NCBI RefSeq assembly: GCF_000698785.1
Contig: NZ_CP007536.1
Span: 1,500,001 to 1,532,000 of the forward strand
Direction of reading: 5' to 3'
From: Nitrososphaera viennensis EN76
GTDB lineage: Archaea > Thermoproteota > Nitrososphaeria > Nitrososphaerales > Nitrososphaeraceae
DNA: 32,000 nucleotides
Shown here: one piece after another, positions 23,625-31,256 of the stretch
How positions within the stretch are numbered: position 1 is the stretch's first letter
Layout: the number at the start of each line of letters is the position of its first letter
Made by a program: the position numbers and the translations under genes
The notes under the pieces: model-generated
What the model was told of the DNA's origin: nothing
Database searches by the model: none
Seen by the model: the letters and a program-made list of their open reading frames with translations, nothing else

Positions 23625-24650
23625 TCACGGAAGGGGAGTGATCTCTCTTATGCTAAAGTCAGAGTACGCCATCGTTCCGTATTCGTGCCTTACATAGACT
23701 GTAAGCATGGGTTTTCCTGTCTCGCTGCTATCATCTATGAACGAGTGTATTAGCGGCAGCGCCGGGTCCACGCCAGGCCTGCATGCGCCCCGGTCAACGC
23801 CGAAATTGTTGCCGTTGTCAATGAATTCCGTTATTTTCTGCCATGAGCCGCCATTCAAGCCGCCAGTCATGTCCCGGTACAGCTCCAGCTTTACCTTGGT
23901 GTTGTCGTCCATGTTGCGCAGCACGTACTTGAAGCCCACCCACGTGTTCAGCGGTAGCTCGCCTGACGGCCTTTGCCCTGCCGCGCGGGTGTAGCCGTCG
24001 TCTAGGTGGTGCGCAGTCTCTTTTTCAAAGGCCCATCCGCCGTTGATGTTCACCAGGCCGCCGTAGCCGCGGTCGTCGCAGTAATTGACATTCTCCCTGC
24101 CCTCTGTCCCGTGGTTTGTGCGCGCAAACACCTGCATGCCTGAATAGTCGACGATCTCTGTTTCGTCGATCCTCTTGACGTACAGCGTTATCTCCAGGTT
24201 CTCCGACCATTCGCGCTCGTTGGCAGGGTCGTGGACGTACATCCTGACATAGTCGCCGGATGCTGTCAGCGTGCCTGCGCCGTCTATCGTGTACGTCCCG
24301 TCGCCGTGCTTTGTTTCAAACCAGTCATCCTCAGGATCAACGTCATTGACTATTGTCCGCGCCGCCCCGTTGTCCCATTTTGACGACCATTCAATGCCCC
24401 CGGGAGAAGTGGGGTACAGCCGTGTGATTCCAAACCTGTCCTTTGGCGACAAGAGATCAGTTGCCGTTGGCGGCACAGCCTGAAGCAAAATTACCAGTAC
24501 CAGAGCCAGTGCCAGCAGCGCCGCAGCAATAATGATGATGATGACAAAGACGAGCCGCTTGCGAGTGTTCGGCGACTGCAGCAGTGACAATAAGGATCGC
24601 TTTATGCGATCGCCCATGCTGTTACTTGCATCGGCATCTCCTACAGTCAA
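23625..24650 (-). CDS. membrane-anchored extracellular beta-sandwich protein (ConA-like lectin/glucanase or polysaccharide-lyase-like fold), paralog A
   Basis: Short cytoplasmic N-terminus, a TM helix (LVFVIIIIIAAALLALALVLVILL), then a ~270 aa domain (DRFGITRLYPTS..EWSSKWDNG...GDYVRMYVHD...WVGFKYVLRN...VKLELYRD...VYVRHEYGTMAYSDFSIREI). TTG start at 24650 is preceded by the SD-like AAGGAG. Fold assignment is tentative. Confidence 0.7.
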   Translation of the reverse strand: MTVGDADASNSMGDRIKRSLLSLLQSPNTRKRLVFVIIIIIAAALLALALVLVILLQAVPPTATDLLSPKDRFGITRLYPTSPGGIEWSSKWDNGAARTIVNDVDPEDDWFETKHGDGTYTIDGAGTLTASGDYVRMYVHDPANEREWSENLEITLYVKRIDETEIVDYSGMQVFARTNHGTEGRENVNYCDDRGYGGLVNINGGWAFEKETAHHLDDGYTRAAGQRPSGELPLNTWVGFKYVLRNMDDNTKVKLELYRDMTGGLNGGSWQKITEFIDNGNNFGVDRGACRPGVDPALPLIHSFIDDSSETGKPMLTVYVRHEYGTMAYSDFSIREITPLP

Positions 24651-24687
24651 CTTTTTTCTCCTTGAATTTGCTGTTCATGTGTGCTCT

Positions 24688-24735
24688 TACGCGCACACGT
24701 ACACGCACGTGTGTGTGCGCGCGTACGCACATACA
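24688..24735. repeat. RY-4: 48-nt perfect alternating pyrimidine-purine tract, quasi-palindromic
   Basis: TACGCGCACACGTACACGCACGTGTGTGTGCGCGCGTACGCACATACA. Core at 24708-24723. CGCGCACAC (24690-24698) is complementary to GTGTGCGCG (24713-24721). Lies in the presumed 5' leader of paralog A. Confidence 0.95.
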
Positions 24736-24916
24736 AGGCAGCCGGTTATCAGGTACAGGCAAGGTATATCTACAAACGTGTCATTATTGAAGATAATACT
24801 GGAACCTTTTACCATACTCTTCTTCGACAATAGGTCAGACGCTCACTCATTGCAGTCTGCTGCTGGAGTAAGAAAAACTAGAAAGAGAAGGCGAGAGAGA
24901 GGGGGCGAGAGAAAAG

Positions 24917-25270
24917 CTACGGATTTGCCTTGGCCTTCTCGACTTCTATGGTGCATTTGGTCACTATTCCTGCTATTACGCCCAGCGCGGCCAGCCATGG
25001 CGCCAGCGCGAGCACCGCAACCGCCCCGGCCGCTCCCCATGTGACAGGGATGGACAAGAGCAGCTTGCCTTTCTCATCTTTTATGTTGATTCTCTTGACC
25101 TGGGCATCGTTGATTATTTCCTTGACTTTGCCGACCAAGCCTTCGCCAGAGACGTTGTAGACGTCCTTTTCAATCCCTACCTGGGCCCCGCAATTGGGGC
25201 AGAATCTAGCATTAGACGGGAGTTCAGCATGGCATTCCTTGCATTTTCCGGGAGTGGCTTCTTCGACCAT
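24917..25270 (-). CDS. zinc-ribbon + DUF4342 domain protein
   Basis: CKECHAELPSNARFCPNCG zinc ribbon. VSGEGLVGKVKEIINDAQVKRINIKDEKGKLLLSIPVTWGAAGAVAVLALAPWLAALGVIAGIVTKCTIEVEK matches the DUF4342 pattern as I recall it. ATG 25270 preferred over TTG 25303. Confidence 0.65.
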   Translation of the reverse strand: MVEEATPGKCKECHAELPSNARFCPNCGAQVGIEKDVYNVSGEGLVGKVKEIINDAQVKRINIKDEKGKLLLSIPVTWGAAGAVAVLALAPWLAALGVIAGIVTKCTIEVEKAKANP

Positions 25271-25360
25271 ATCGAACTTGCGTGTACCTCTTTTCTCCAG
25301 CAATCAATCAACAGTACAATATTCAAGGTTTTTCCTGCGGCTACCAACAGCCAGGTTGTC

Positions 25361-25388
25361 CATGCGCGCACGTGTGTGTGCGCGCGCA
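25361..25388. repeat. RY-5: 28-nt perfect alternating pyrimidine-purine tract
   Basis: CATGCGCGCACGTGTGTGTGCGCGCGCA. Shares the 20-mer CGCACGTGTGTGTGCGCGCG with RY-4 in the same orientation. Lies in a divergent promoter region. Confidence 0.95.
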
Positions 25389-25456
25389 ACCGCCTTGATC
25401 CTGCCATTACTTATTATTGCCCGCTGACATCATGAACAGGGGACCCGTTCACCACC

Positions 25457-26383
25457 ATGCTGCAGCCCCGGATTGTAACCTCTGTTGCGCCGTACGTGAC
25501 TGTCGCCGGCGCCCTGCAGGCTACCCAGCTTGCGCACGAGGACGGATTTTCAGGGGTGGAGCACAGCGAAGACCACCTTCACTGCTCTGTTGCGGCAAAG
25601 CCAAACTGCCTTGCCATGCTGAGGGAATTCAGCGCGGACAAGCACATGCACAACTCCCTCCACAAGACCTTGCACAGGCCCAGCATCGACTCGCCGGACA
25701 GGGCCGAGAGGAAGAAGGCAGTAGAATACACGCTAAAGACGCTCGATTACATGGAGGCTGCCGGCATCCCGAGGATGGTCCTGCACAGCTTTAGCGACCT
25801 GCCTGCCTTCTTTTCCCTAAAGGCCGAGCGCGCCAACAGGGCAGGATACCTGGTAGGCTCCAACGTTGTCAAGGTGTACGGCGTCCTTGCTCCCGCGCTA
25901 AGGGCGTACCGCCGGTGGAAAAAAGAAGAGGTCCAGGCGAACTTTATGCGCTCGCTGGAAGAGATAGCGAAGTACGCGGCCGACAAGAAAGTAGACGGCG
26001 GCAGGCCCATCGAGATCGTGTTTGAGGAGCATTACTCGGATGCCATTGACTATGACCTCGTCCCGTACGGGAGGGGGAATTTCGTCAACGTCATCCGCGG
26101 CATAGACACGGCGCACCACCTGATCAGGACAGGAAAAGACCTGGACCTTGAAGGGGTGTCGGAGCCTATCCACTTTCACGCAGTCGACACGAACGGCAGG
26201 ATAGACGACCACAGGACGATAGGCACGGGCAGGGTGCATTTCGAGAACAGCCTGTCGGCCGCCATTGGAAGGAACCTGGCAAGCGCCATCGTGATAGAAG
26301 ACGGCACGAGAAAGAGCGCGCTAAGGTCCAAGGAAGTGCTGGCGGCCATGATAAAGCGCATTGGCACGGCTAGTCGAAATTGA
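25457..26383 (+). CDS. xylose-isomerase-like TIM-barrel protein (sugar phosphate isomerase/epimerase family)
   Basis: Alternating beta/alpha pattern with conserved His/Glu/Asp positions (GVEHSEDH, MVLHSF, IVFEEHY, IDTAHH, IHFHAVD) typical of the AP-endonuclease-2/xylose-isomerase-like fold. Call by eye. Confidence 0.55.
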   Translation: MLQPRIVTSVAPYVTVAGALQATQLAHEDGFSGVEHSEDHLHCSVAAKPNCLAMLREFSADKHMHNSLHKTLHRPSIDSPDRAERKKAVEYTLKTLDYMEAAGIPRMVLHSFSDLPAFFSLKAERANRAGYLVGSNVVKVYGVLAPALRAYRRWKKEEVQANFMRSLEEIAKYAADKKVDGGRPIEIVFEEHYSDAIDYDLVPYGRGNFVNVIRGIDTAHHLIRTGKDLDLEGVSEPIHFHAVDTNGRIDDHRTIGTGRVHFENSLSAAIGRNLASAIVIEDGTRKSALRSKEVLAAMIKRIGTASRN

Positions 26384-26421
26384 TATCACATCATCAACAA
26401 CAACGCGTGGGTAAAAACGTC

Positions 26422-27372
26422 CTAGTCAGAAGAAGAAATGCCTGCGACTTCAGAATAGGTCTTTATCGTGTATCCCTTGGCGCGAATGTCGTCGATGAGC
26501 GCATCCAGGTCGGCCAGTTCGCTGCTTGAAACCTGGTTTGTCGGGTTCTGGTTTGAGTCCTTGATTGCAAAGTCTTCAGGGTGCAATGTCACCACTGCAT
26601 ACCCGTAGGATGATATTGCCTCGTCGATGCTGCTTGTCATAGTATTCATCGATGTCTTTGTCGGCGGTTCGGAATCGTAGGTGTAAAAGCCCACCACCTG
26701 CGGGAGGTGGTAGACGCCATGCGAGTCTGAAATGTCAGAGCCAGGCATTGCCTTGTAGACCTTGTTGTTTGGGCTGTCAGGGTCGTCAGGGTCGTAGACG
26801 CTCAAAAGCTCTTCGTCGAATTCCGCGCTTATGATCTTCATGTCGAGCGCTTCCAGTGCGGCAAGAGTGTCTTCGTTATAGGAGTTGTACGGCGGGATAA
26901 AGACTACTGCGCTTGTCCCCCAGAGCGCGACCATCTTTTGGTTGGCCCGCTGCAGCGTGGCGCGCTGCTCCTGAAGAGTCAGGGTCTTGTAGTCGACGTG
27001 GTCCCACGCGTGGCTTGCAAGCTCGAACGTGCCAGACGAGAGGCCTGCCCTTACTTTGTCAACCACGGATGAATCGTTTCCCACAATGTTCATTATCGCC
27101 CCGACGTTGAGTTTTTCATTCTTTTCAATGAAATAATCCATGAGTGCAACCTGGACCGAGTTCATCCACTCATCCTGAATGTCATCAAGCCTAAAGATGA
27201 CGCAATTGCAGGCTTGTTCCTCCTGTGCAGGCGCTGCGGCAATGGAAGCATTGGCAGAAGAGATTGGAACAGAGACCATGCCAGAGACGAGCAGCAGGGC
27301 TGCAACAGCCGCTGCTACTGCTGCCGAGCTATTCCTGGCTGACAACATCCGGCTTTTTTTGCCACATTTCAT
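26422..27372 (-). CDS. secreted polysaccharide deacetylase (NodB homology / CE4-like)
   Basis: Signal anchor AAVAAAVAALLLVSGMV. Motifs FRLDDIQD, SHAWDH and FIPPYNSY correspond to CE4 motifs 1-3. Start taken at ATG 27372; the alternative is 27348. Confidence 0.7.
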   Translation of the reverse strand: MKCGKKSRMLSARNSSAAVAAAVAALLLVSGMVSVPISSANASIAAAPAQEEQACNCVIFRLDDIQDEWMNSVQVALMDYFIEKNEKLNVGAIMNIVGNDSSVVDKVRAGLSSGTFELASHAWDHVDYKTLTLQEQRATLQRANQKMVALWGTSAVVFIPPYNSYNEDTLAALEALDMKIISAEFDEELLSVYDPDDPDSPNNKVYKAMPGSDISDSHGVYHLPQVVGFYTYDSEPPTKTSMNTMTSSIDEAISSYGYAVVTLHPEDFAIKDSNQNPTNQVSSSELADLDALIDDIRAKGYTIKTYSEVAGISSSD

Positions 27373-27557
27373 TTGTACAGGCGCGTCTTGCGTTTCCTTT
27401 CTTGGACTAAAAGCGTGGTGCAGACCTACTCTATAGAATCCAAGCATTGAATTTTACGCTAAAGGTGCCATCACCTCTGATTGCAGAACAATAATACACC
27501 GCGAAAACAGGTTTTTCATGCAACAAAGCTACTACTTTATTCCGGCCTTTTGCTGTC

Positions 27558-28484
27558 TCACATGCTTTGACGCGCGTAAGGACCCTTTGCACCCAGGCAC
27601 GCCGACCACGATGGCGCCGCATTACCGGGCGTCCTCTCCCAGGGGTTCACGCACTTGTTTTTCGCTATCTCTGCCTTATGCTGGAGATACGCTTCTTCGA
27701 ACCATGATTGCATGCGGCTCTTTGATGGCACAATGTTGTTGTGGTGCTCCTTGTCAGCACCAGCGGCTTTATCCCAGAGTATCTCGCGTCCATACTGCTC
27801 TGAAAACCACATCTTGTGCGTCCTGTCAGCTCCTCCTCTGTCCCACCACTTTTGAAATGCCTTGAAGTTTTGCTTTTCCGTCTTGGCATAGTCGTAATGC
27901 CAGGCTTGCTTTTCCAGCGACAGATAGTGGCGCCAGGTCTTGTCGTCGGCCTCTGCATGCCGGGTCATGTTATCTCTCATCTCTGCTCGTTTTTGCAGAT
28001 ATTTCATCTGTTCATCTGTCTTCTTTATCTCGTGATGTGGCTGGTGGTTGGCCTTGTTCCAGAGTATCTCGTCCCTGAGATGCTCGTGCTGCCACATTTC
28101 GCCCTTGGGATAAGATGACGGGTCGCAAGCGTGAGTGAAATCCTTGTAGCCGTGCAGGCGCAAGTCTGCGCAGTACCACTTTTGGTATGCCTTGACATTG
28201 TGCTTTTCCATTTTGCCGTAGTTGTAATGCCAGGATTCTTTTTCCAGTTTCAAAAAATCCTGCCAGTACTGCTGTCGCAGCTTGGCAGTAGCGGTAGCGA
28301 TGTTATTGTTACTGCTACTGCTACTTTTGTCGGCGTTGTTGTTATTATTATTGTTGCCAGTTATCTTGGTCGCCTGCTCTGCGGCAGATGCCCTGTACGG
28401 CGATGATTGAATGGCCGCGAAAATCAAGAGGGCCGTCAGTGATAGCACGGCCGCAGACATCATCCCTACTCGTCTTTTGTCCAT
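27558..28484 (-). CDS. secreted Trp-rich protein with two internal ~60-70 aa repeats, unknown family
   Basis: Signal anchor MMSAAVLSLTALLIFAAI, an Asn/Ser homopolymer linker, then the repeats YWQDFLKLEKESWHYNYGKMEKHNVKAYQKWY...EILWNKA and TWRHYLSLEKQAWHYDYAKTEKQNFKAFQKWW...EILWDKA. Start taken at ATG 28484. Confidence 0.6.
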   Translation of the reverse strand: MDKRRVGMMSAAVLSLTALLIFAAIQSSPYRASAAEQATKITGNNNNNNNADKSSSSSNNNIATATAKLRQQYWQDFLKLEKESWHYNYGKMEKHNVKAYQKWYCADLRLHGYKDFTHACDPSSYPKGEMWQHEHLRDEILWNKANHQPHHEIKKTDEQMKYLQKRAEMRDNMTRHAEADDKTWRHYLSLEKQAWHYDYAKTEKQNFKAFQKWWDRGGADRTHKMWFSEQYGREILWDKAAGADKEHHNNIVPSKSRMQSWFEEAYLQHKAEIAKNKCVNPWERTPGNAAPSWSACLGAKGPYARQSM

Positions 28485-28661
28485 GGCAGCGCTATTTTTT
28501 TCGCTCTCGCCTTCAATCATGCTATTTCGTCGTTTACAATGATCCACAAACGAGTAATAAAGAGCCATGATTTCAGTCTCCTGAGGGAGAGTGCAGAAAG
28601 AAATTCGCGTATTTCTCTCGCGCCTGCTCCTATTTTTTGCTCCCGTAGATCAGAGGAGACT

Positions 28662-29870
28662 GCTGCAGTCATCATGAAAGCGGGTCGATCTCTCTTATGT
28701 CAAAGCCCGAGTACGCCATCGTTCCGTATTCGTGCCTCACATAGACAGAGAGCATTGGCTTTTTTGATTCGCTGCTATCGTCTATGAACGAGTGTATTAG
28801 CGGCAGCGCCGGGTCCACGCCGGGCCTGCATGCGCCGTAGCCGGCACCGAAATTGTTGCCGTTGTCAATGAATTCCGTTATTTTCTGCCATGAGCCGCCA
28901 TTCAAGCCGCCAGTCATGTCCCGGTACAGCTCCAGCTTTACCTTGGTGTTGTCGTCCATGTTGCGCAGCACGTACTTGAAGCCCACCCACGTGTTCAGCG
29001 GTAGCTCGCCTGACGGCCTCTGGCTTGCCACGTCGACATAGCCATTGTCCAGGTGGTGCGCCGTCTCTTTCTCAAACGACCACTGGCCGTTGATGTTCAC
29101 CAGGCCGCCGTAGCCGCGGTCGTCGCAGAGGTTCACCTCTTCGTTGCCGTTCGTGCCGTGGTTTGTGCGCGCAAACACCTGCATGCCTGAATAGTCGACG
29201 ATTTGCGTTTCGCTTATTCTCTTGACGTACAGCGTTATCTCCAGGTTCTCCGACCATTCGCGCTCGTTGGCAGGGTCGTGGACGTACATCCTGACATAGT
29301 CGCCGGATGCTGTCAGCGTGCCTGCGCCGTCTATCGTGTACGTCCCGTCGCCGTGCTTTGTTTCAAACCAGTCATCCTCAGGATCAACGTCATTGACTAT
29401 TGTCCGCGCCGCCCCGTTGTCCCATTTTGACGACCACTCCATTCCACTGGCAGAAGTAGGATACAGCTCGGTGATTCCAAACCTGTCTTTTGACGGGGAA
29501 GAGTTTCTAGTAGTCGTTGTTGTTGTCGTCGTAGTTGTTGTTGGCACAGCCGGACCTGGCTTTTGGGAGATTCCCACCACCAGTATTACAGGAATCGATG
29601 CCACCAGCGTCGCTGCAACAAGTACAAAGATAAGCCGGTTGCGAATTTTTGCCGGCTGGGGCGATGATGATGACGACGACGATAATAGCCGCTTTATCCG
29701 ATTACCGATATTGTTTGTCCCAGCGTCATCATCTCTTACAACCACGGTTTGTTCTCCTCTCGGTTTTTTTGCGGTTTATTTGCACTCTGCGGCCCTGACT
29801 GTCAGATTCAGACAGAGAATATATCACCAAACATGTCAGTATTGAAGATAATTCTGGAACTTTTTACCAT
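28662..29870 (-). repeat. duplicated gene+promoter unit, copy B
   Basis: Collinear with 23615-24815. Perfect-identity runs at 28848-29019 and 29219-29436. Confidence 0.9.
28672..29745 (-). CDS. membrane-anchored extracellular beta-sandwich protein, paralog B (poly-Ser and poly-Thr linkers)
   Basis: Same architecture as 23625-24650. GTG start at 29745 is preceded by the SD-like GAGGAG. Linker TTTTTTTTTTT follows the TM helix. Confidence 0.7.
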   Translation of the reverse strand: MVVRDDDAGTNNIGNRIKRLLSSSSSSSPQPAKIRNRLIFVLVAATLVASIPVILVVGISQKPGPAVPTTTTTTTTTTTRNSSPSKDRFGITELYPTSASGMEWSSKWDNGAARTIVNDVDPEDDWFETKHGDGTYTIDGAGTLTASGDYVRMYVHDPANEREWSENLEITLYVKRISETQIVDYSGMQVFARTNHGTNGNEEVNLCDDRGYGGLVNINGQWSFEKETAHHLDNGYVDVASQRPSGELPLNTWVGFKYVLRNMDDNTKVKLELYRDMTGGLNGGSWQKITEFIDNGNNFGAGYGACRPGVDPALPLIHSFIDDSSESKKPMLSVYVRHEYGTMAYSGFDIREIDPLS

Positions 29871-30093
29871 GCCGGAAATCACGGGTGAGGACTGATCCCA
29901 TTATCATCTTGTTTTAAACATAGTCCAGGTCCCATGGCCCGCCACCGAATAGTCCGGGATATATGTCCTCCAAATGGTTCATCTGGCTCCAACAATGCCA
30001 GGGCAGTTTCTTCCAGAGTTTGCGCCCGAAATAACGCGACATTACAACCATGACGATAACTCGTAAATATTTTTTCTGCCGTACCAAGAGGCT

Positions 30094-30432
30094 ATGAGCC
30101 TTCATGAGCTAAAATGCGAGGCGTGCAGAGGAGATGTGCCCGTGCTTCAAGAAAGGGAGATTGCGGAGCTCCGGCCCGGCGTGCCCGACTGGGAATTAGC
30201 CCTCGTGGACGGGATAAAAGTCCTCAGGCGGGTCTACAAGTTCAAGAATTTTGCAGAAGCGCTTTCATTTACAAACAAGGTAGGGGCACTGGCAGAAGAG
30301 CAAGGGCACCATCCTGCGCTGCTGACAGAATGGGGCAAGGTAACCGTCACGTGGTGGACCCACGCGATAGGCGGCCTGCACAAGAACGACTTTATCATGG
30401 CCGCCAAGACCGACAAGCTGCTGGAAAGTTGA
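30094..30432 (+). CDS. pterin-4-alpha-carbinolamine dehydratase (PCD/DCoH family)
   Basis: [45 protein letters not shown] matches the PCD signature. TATA-like GTAAATATTTTTT lies ~25 nt upstream. Confidence 0.8.
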   Translation: MSLHELKCEACRGDVPVLQEREIAELRPGVPDWELALVDGIKVLRRVYKFKNFAEALSFTNKVGALAEEQGHHPALLTEWGKVTVTWWTHAIGGLHKNDFIMAAKTDKLLES

Positions 30433-30515
30433 GCAGGTAATTATTTCCGGTAACTGCTCACTGCTTACTTTCAGATAACTGCCGCTCTTCTGTATTTTAA
30501 TAACCCTCATAATGT

Positions 30516-31028
30516 ATGTGCAAAGTGCACAACGACAAAACAATTCTTGAAAACAAAACGAATCATCATCGTCGTCTGTTGGCTGGTCTTGCGGCAACAA
30601 TAATGGCGGCAGCAGGATTCGCAGGGGACTTTTTGTTTCCGGAATCATTTGCAGCAACAACGACAGAAGCATCCACCGCACTTCAGGAAGAAGACACCAC
30701 TAAACCGACCGGAACCATCATTTCGCCGGCGCCAGGGAACACGGTTCAGCTGAACACCCCCATAACTGTGACCGGGACCGCGTTTGACGACGTAGAAATA
30801 TCAAAGGTCGAGGTCAGGGCTGTGAACCTGGAAGATACAAAGGGGACGACGTACGCTCTGGCAACCTCGTCTGACGGGTATGCCAGCTGGACATTTACCC
30901 TGACGATACCAAGCGAGAGTTACGAGAACATCACTGTGAGGATAACCGATACTTCGGGCAACCAAAAGTGGATGACGCACCGTGTTCAGGTCACAGGAAC
31001 CGTTCCTGTGACGACGACAACAACATAG
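30516..31028 (+). CDS. secreted Ig-like/beta-sandwich domain protein, possible Tat signal
   Basis: HHRRLLAGLAATIMAAAG signal-like N-terminus. TGTIISPAPGNTVQLNTPITVTGTAFDDVEISKVEVR... resembles bacterial Ig-like domains. Poly-Thr C-terminus. Confidence 0.55.
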   Translation: MCKVHNDKTILENKTNHHRRLLAGLAATIMAAAGFAGDFLFPESFAATTTEASTALQEEDTTKPTGTIISPAPGNTVQLNTPITVTGTAFDDVEISKVEVRAVNLEDTKGTTYALATSSDGYASWTFTLTIPSESYENITVRITDTSGNQKWMTHRVQVTGTVPVTTTTT

Positions 31029-31256
31029 TAGTAATAGTAGCAGTGCTCCCTGCCGCCGGAAAGAACAGAGAGGCTGCTGCGGCCGCCGTCATTCTGCCGA
31101 GGGGCAAGAAGACGGTCCGGCGCGCAGATACAAAAATCGTCTTATTGCGTTTGTTTGTCCGCGCGCGTCGGCACAGCGCGCGTAATAATAGTAATAATAA
31201 TATTTTATAGCAAGAAAGCGCCGTATCACAGTTGTCGCGCAGCAGGTCTTTTGAAA

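Larger units (their letters stand above)
23615..24815 (-). repeat. duplicated gene+promoter unit, copy A
   Basis: Collinear with 28662-29870. Includes perfect-identity runs 23801-23972 (172 nt) and 24172-24389 (218 nt), both checked base by base. Confidence 0.9.

Noticed and set aside
24687-24815. Possible conserved upstream small ORF in the paralog leaders: MVKGSSIIFNNDTFVDI... in A (24815 down to 24687) and MVKSSRIIFNTDMFGDI... in B (29870 down to 29808).
   Set aside because: Differences between the copies are mostly non-synonymous. Lengths differ (42 against 20 codons), and the likely TATA box lies inside it. The similarity is explained by the DNA duplication itself.
21839-25388. RY tracts considered as a degenerate CRISPR array or as coding sequence (track ORF 24532-25044 translates RY-4 as VHVCSYAHTYTHVCVRAYAHT).
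   Set aside because: Spacing is irregular (hundreds to over a thousand nt) with genes in between, and tract lengths differ. The translation is a low-complexity artefact of the dinucleotide alternation with no start context.
23615-29870. 1.2-kb direct repeats flanking ~3.8 kb, considered as a composite transposon or integrated element.
   Set aside because: There is no transposase, integrase, tRNA target or terminal inverted repeats. The repeats are complete genes with their own promoters and SD sites.
29914-30105. 63-aa minus-strand ORF between paralog B and the PCD gene.
   Set aside because: It overlaps the PCD start codon and its TATA-like box. It has no recognisable motif or good start context, so it is kept as unsupported (roughly 0.2 probability of being real).
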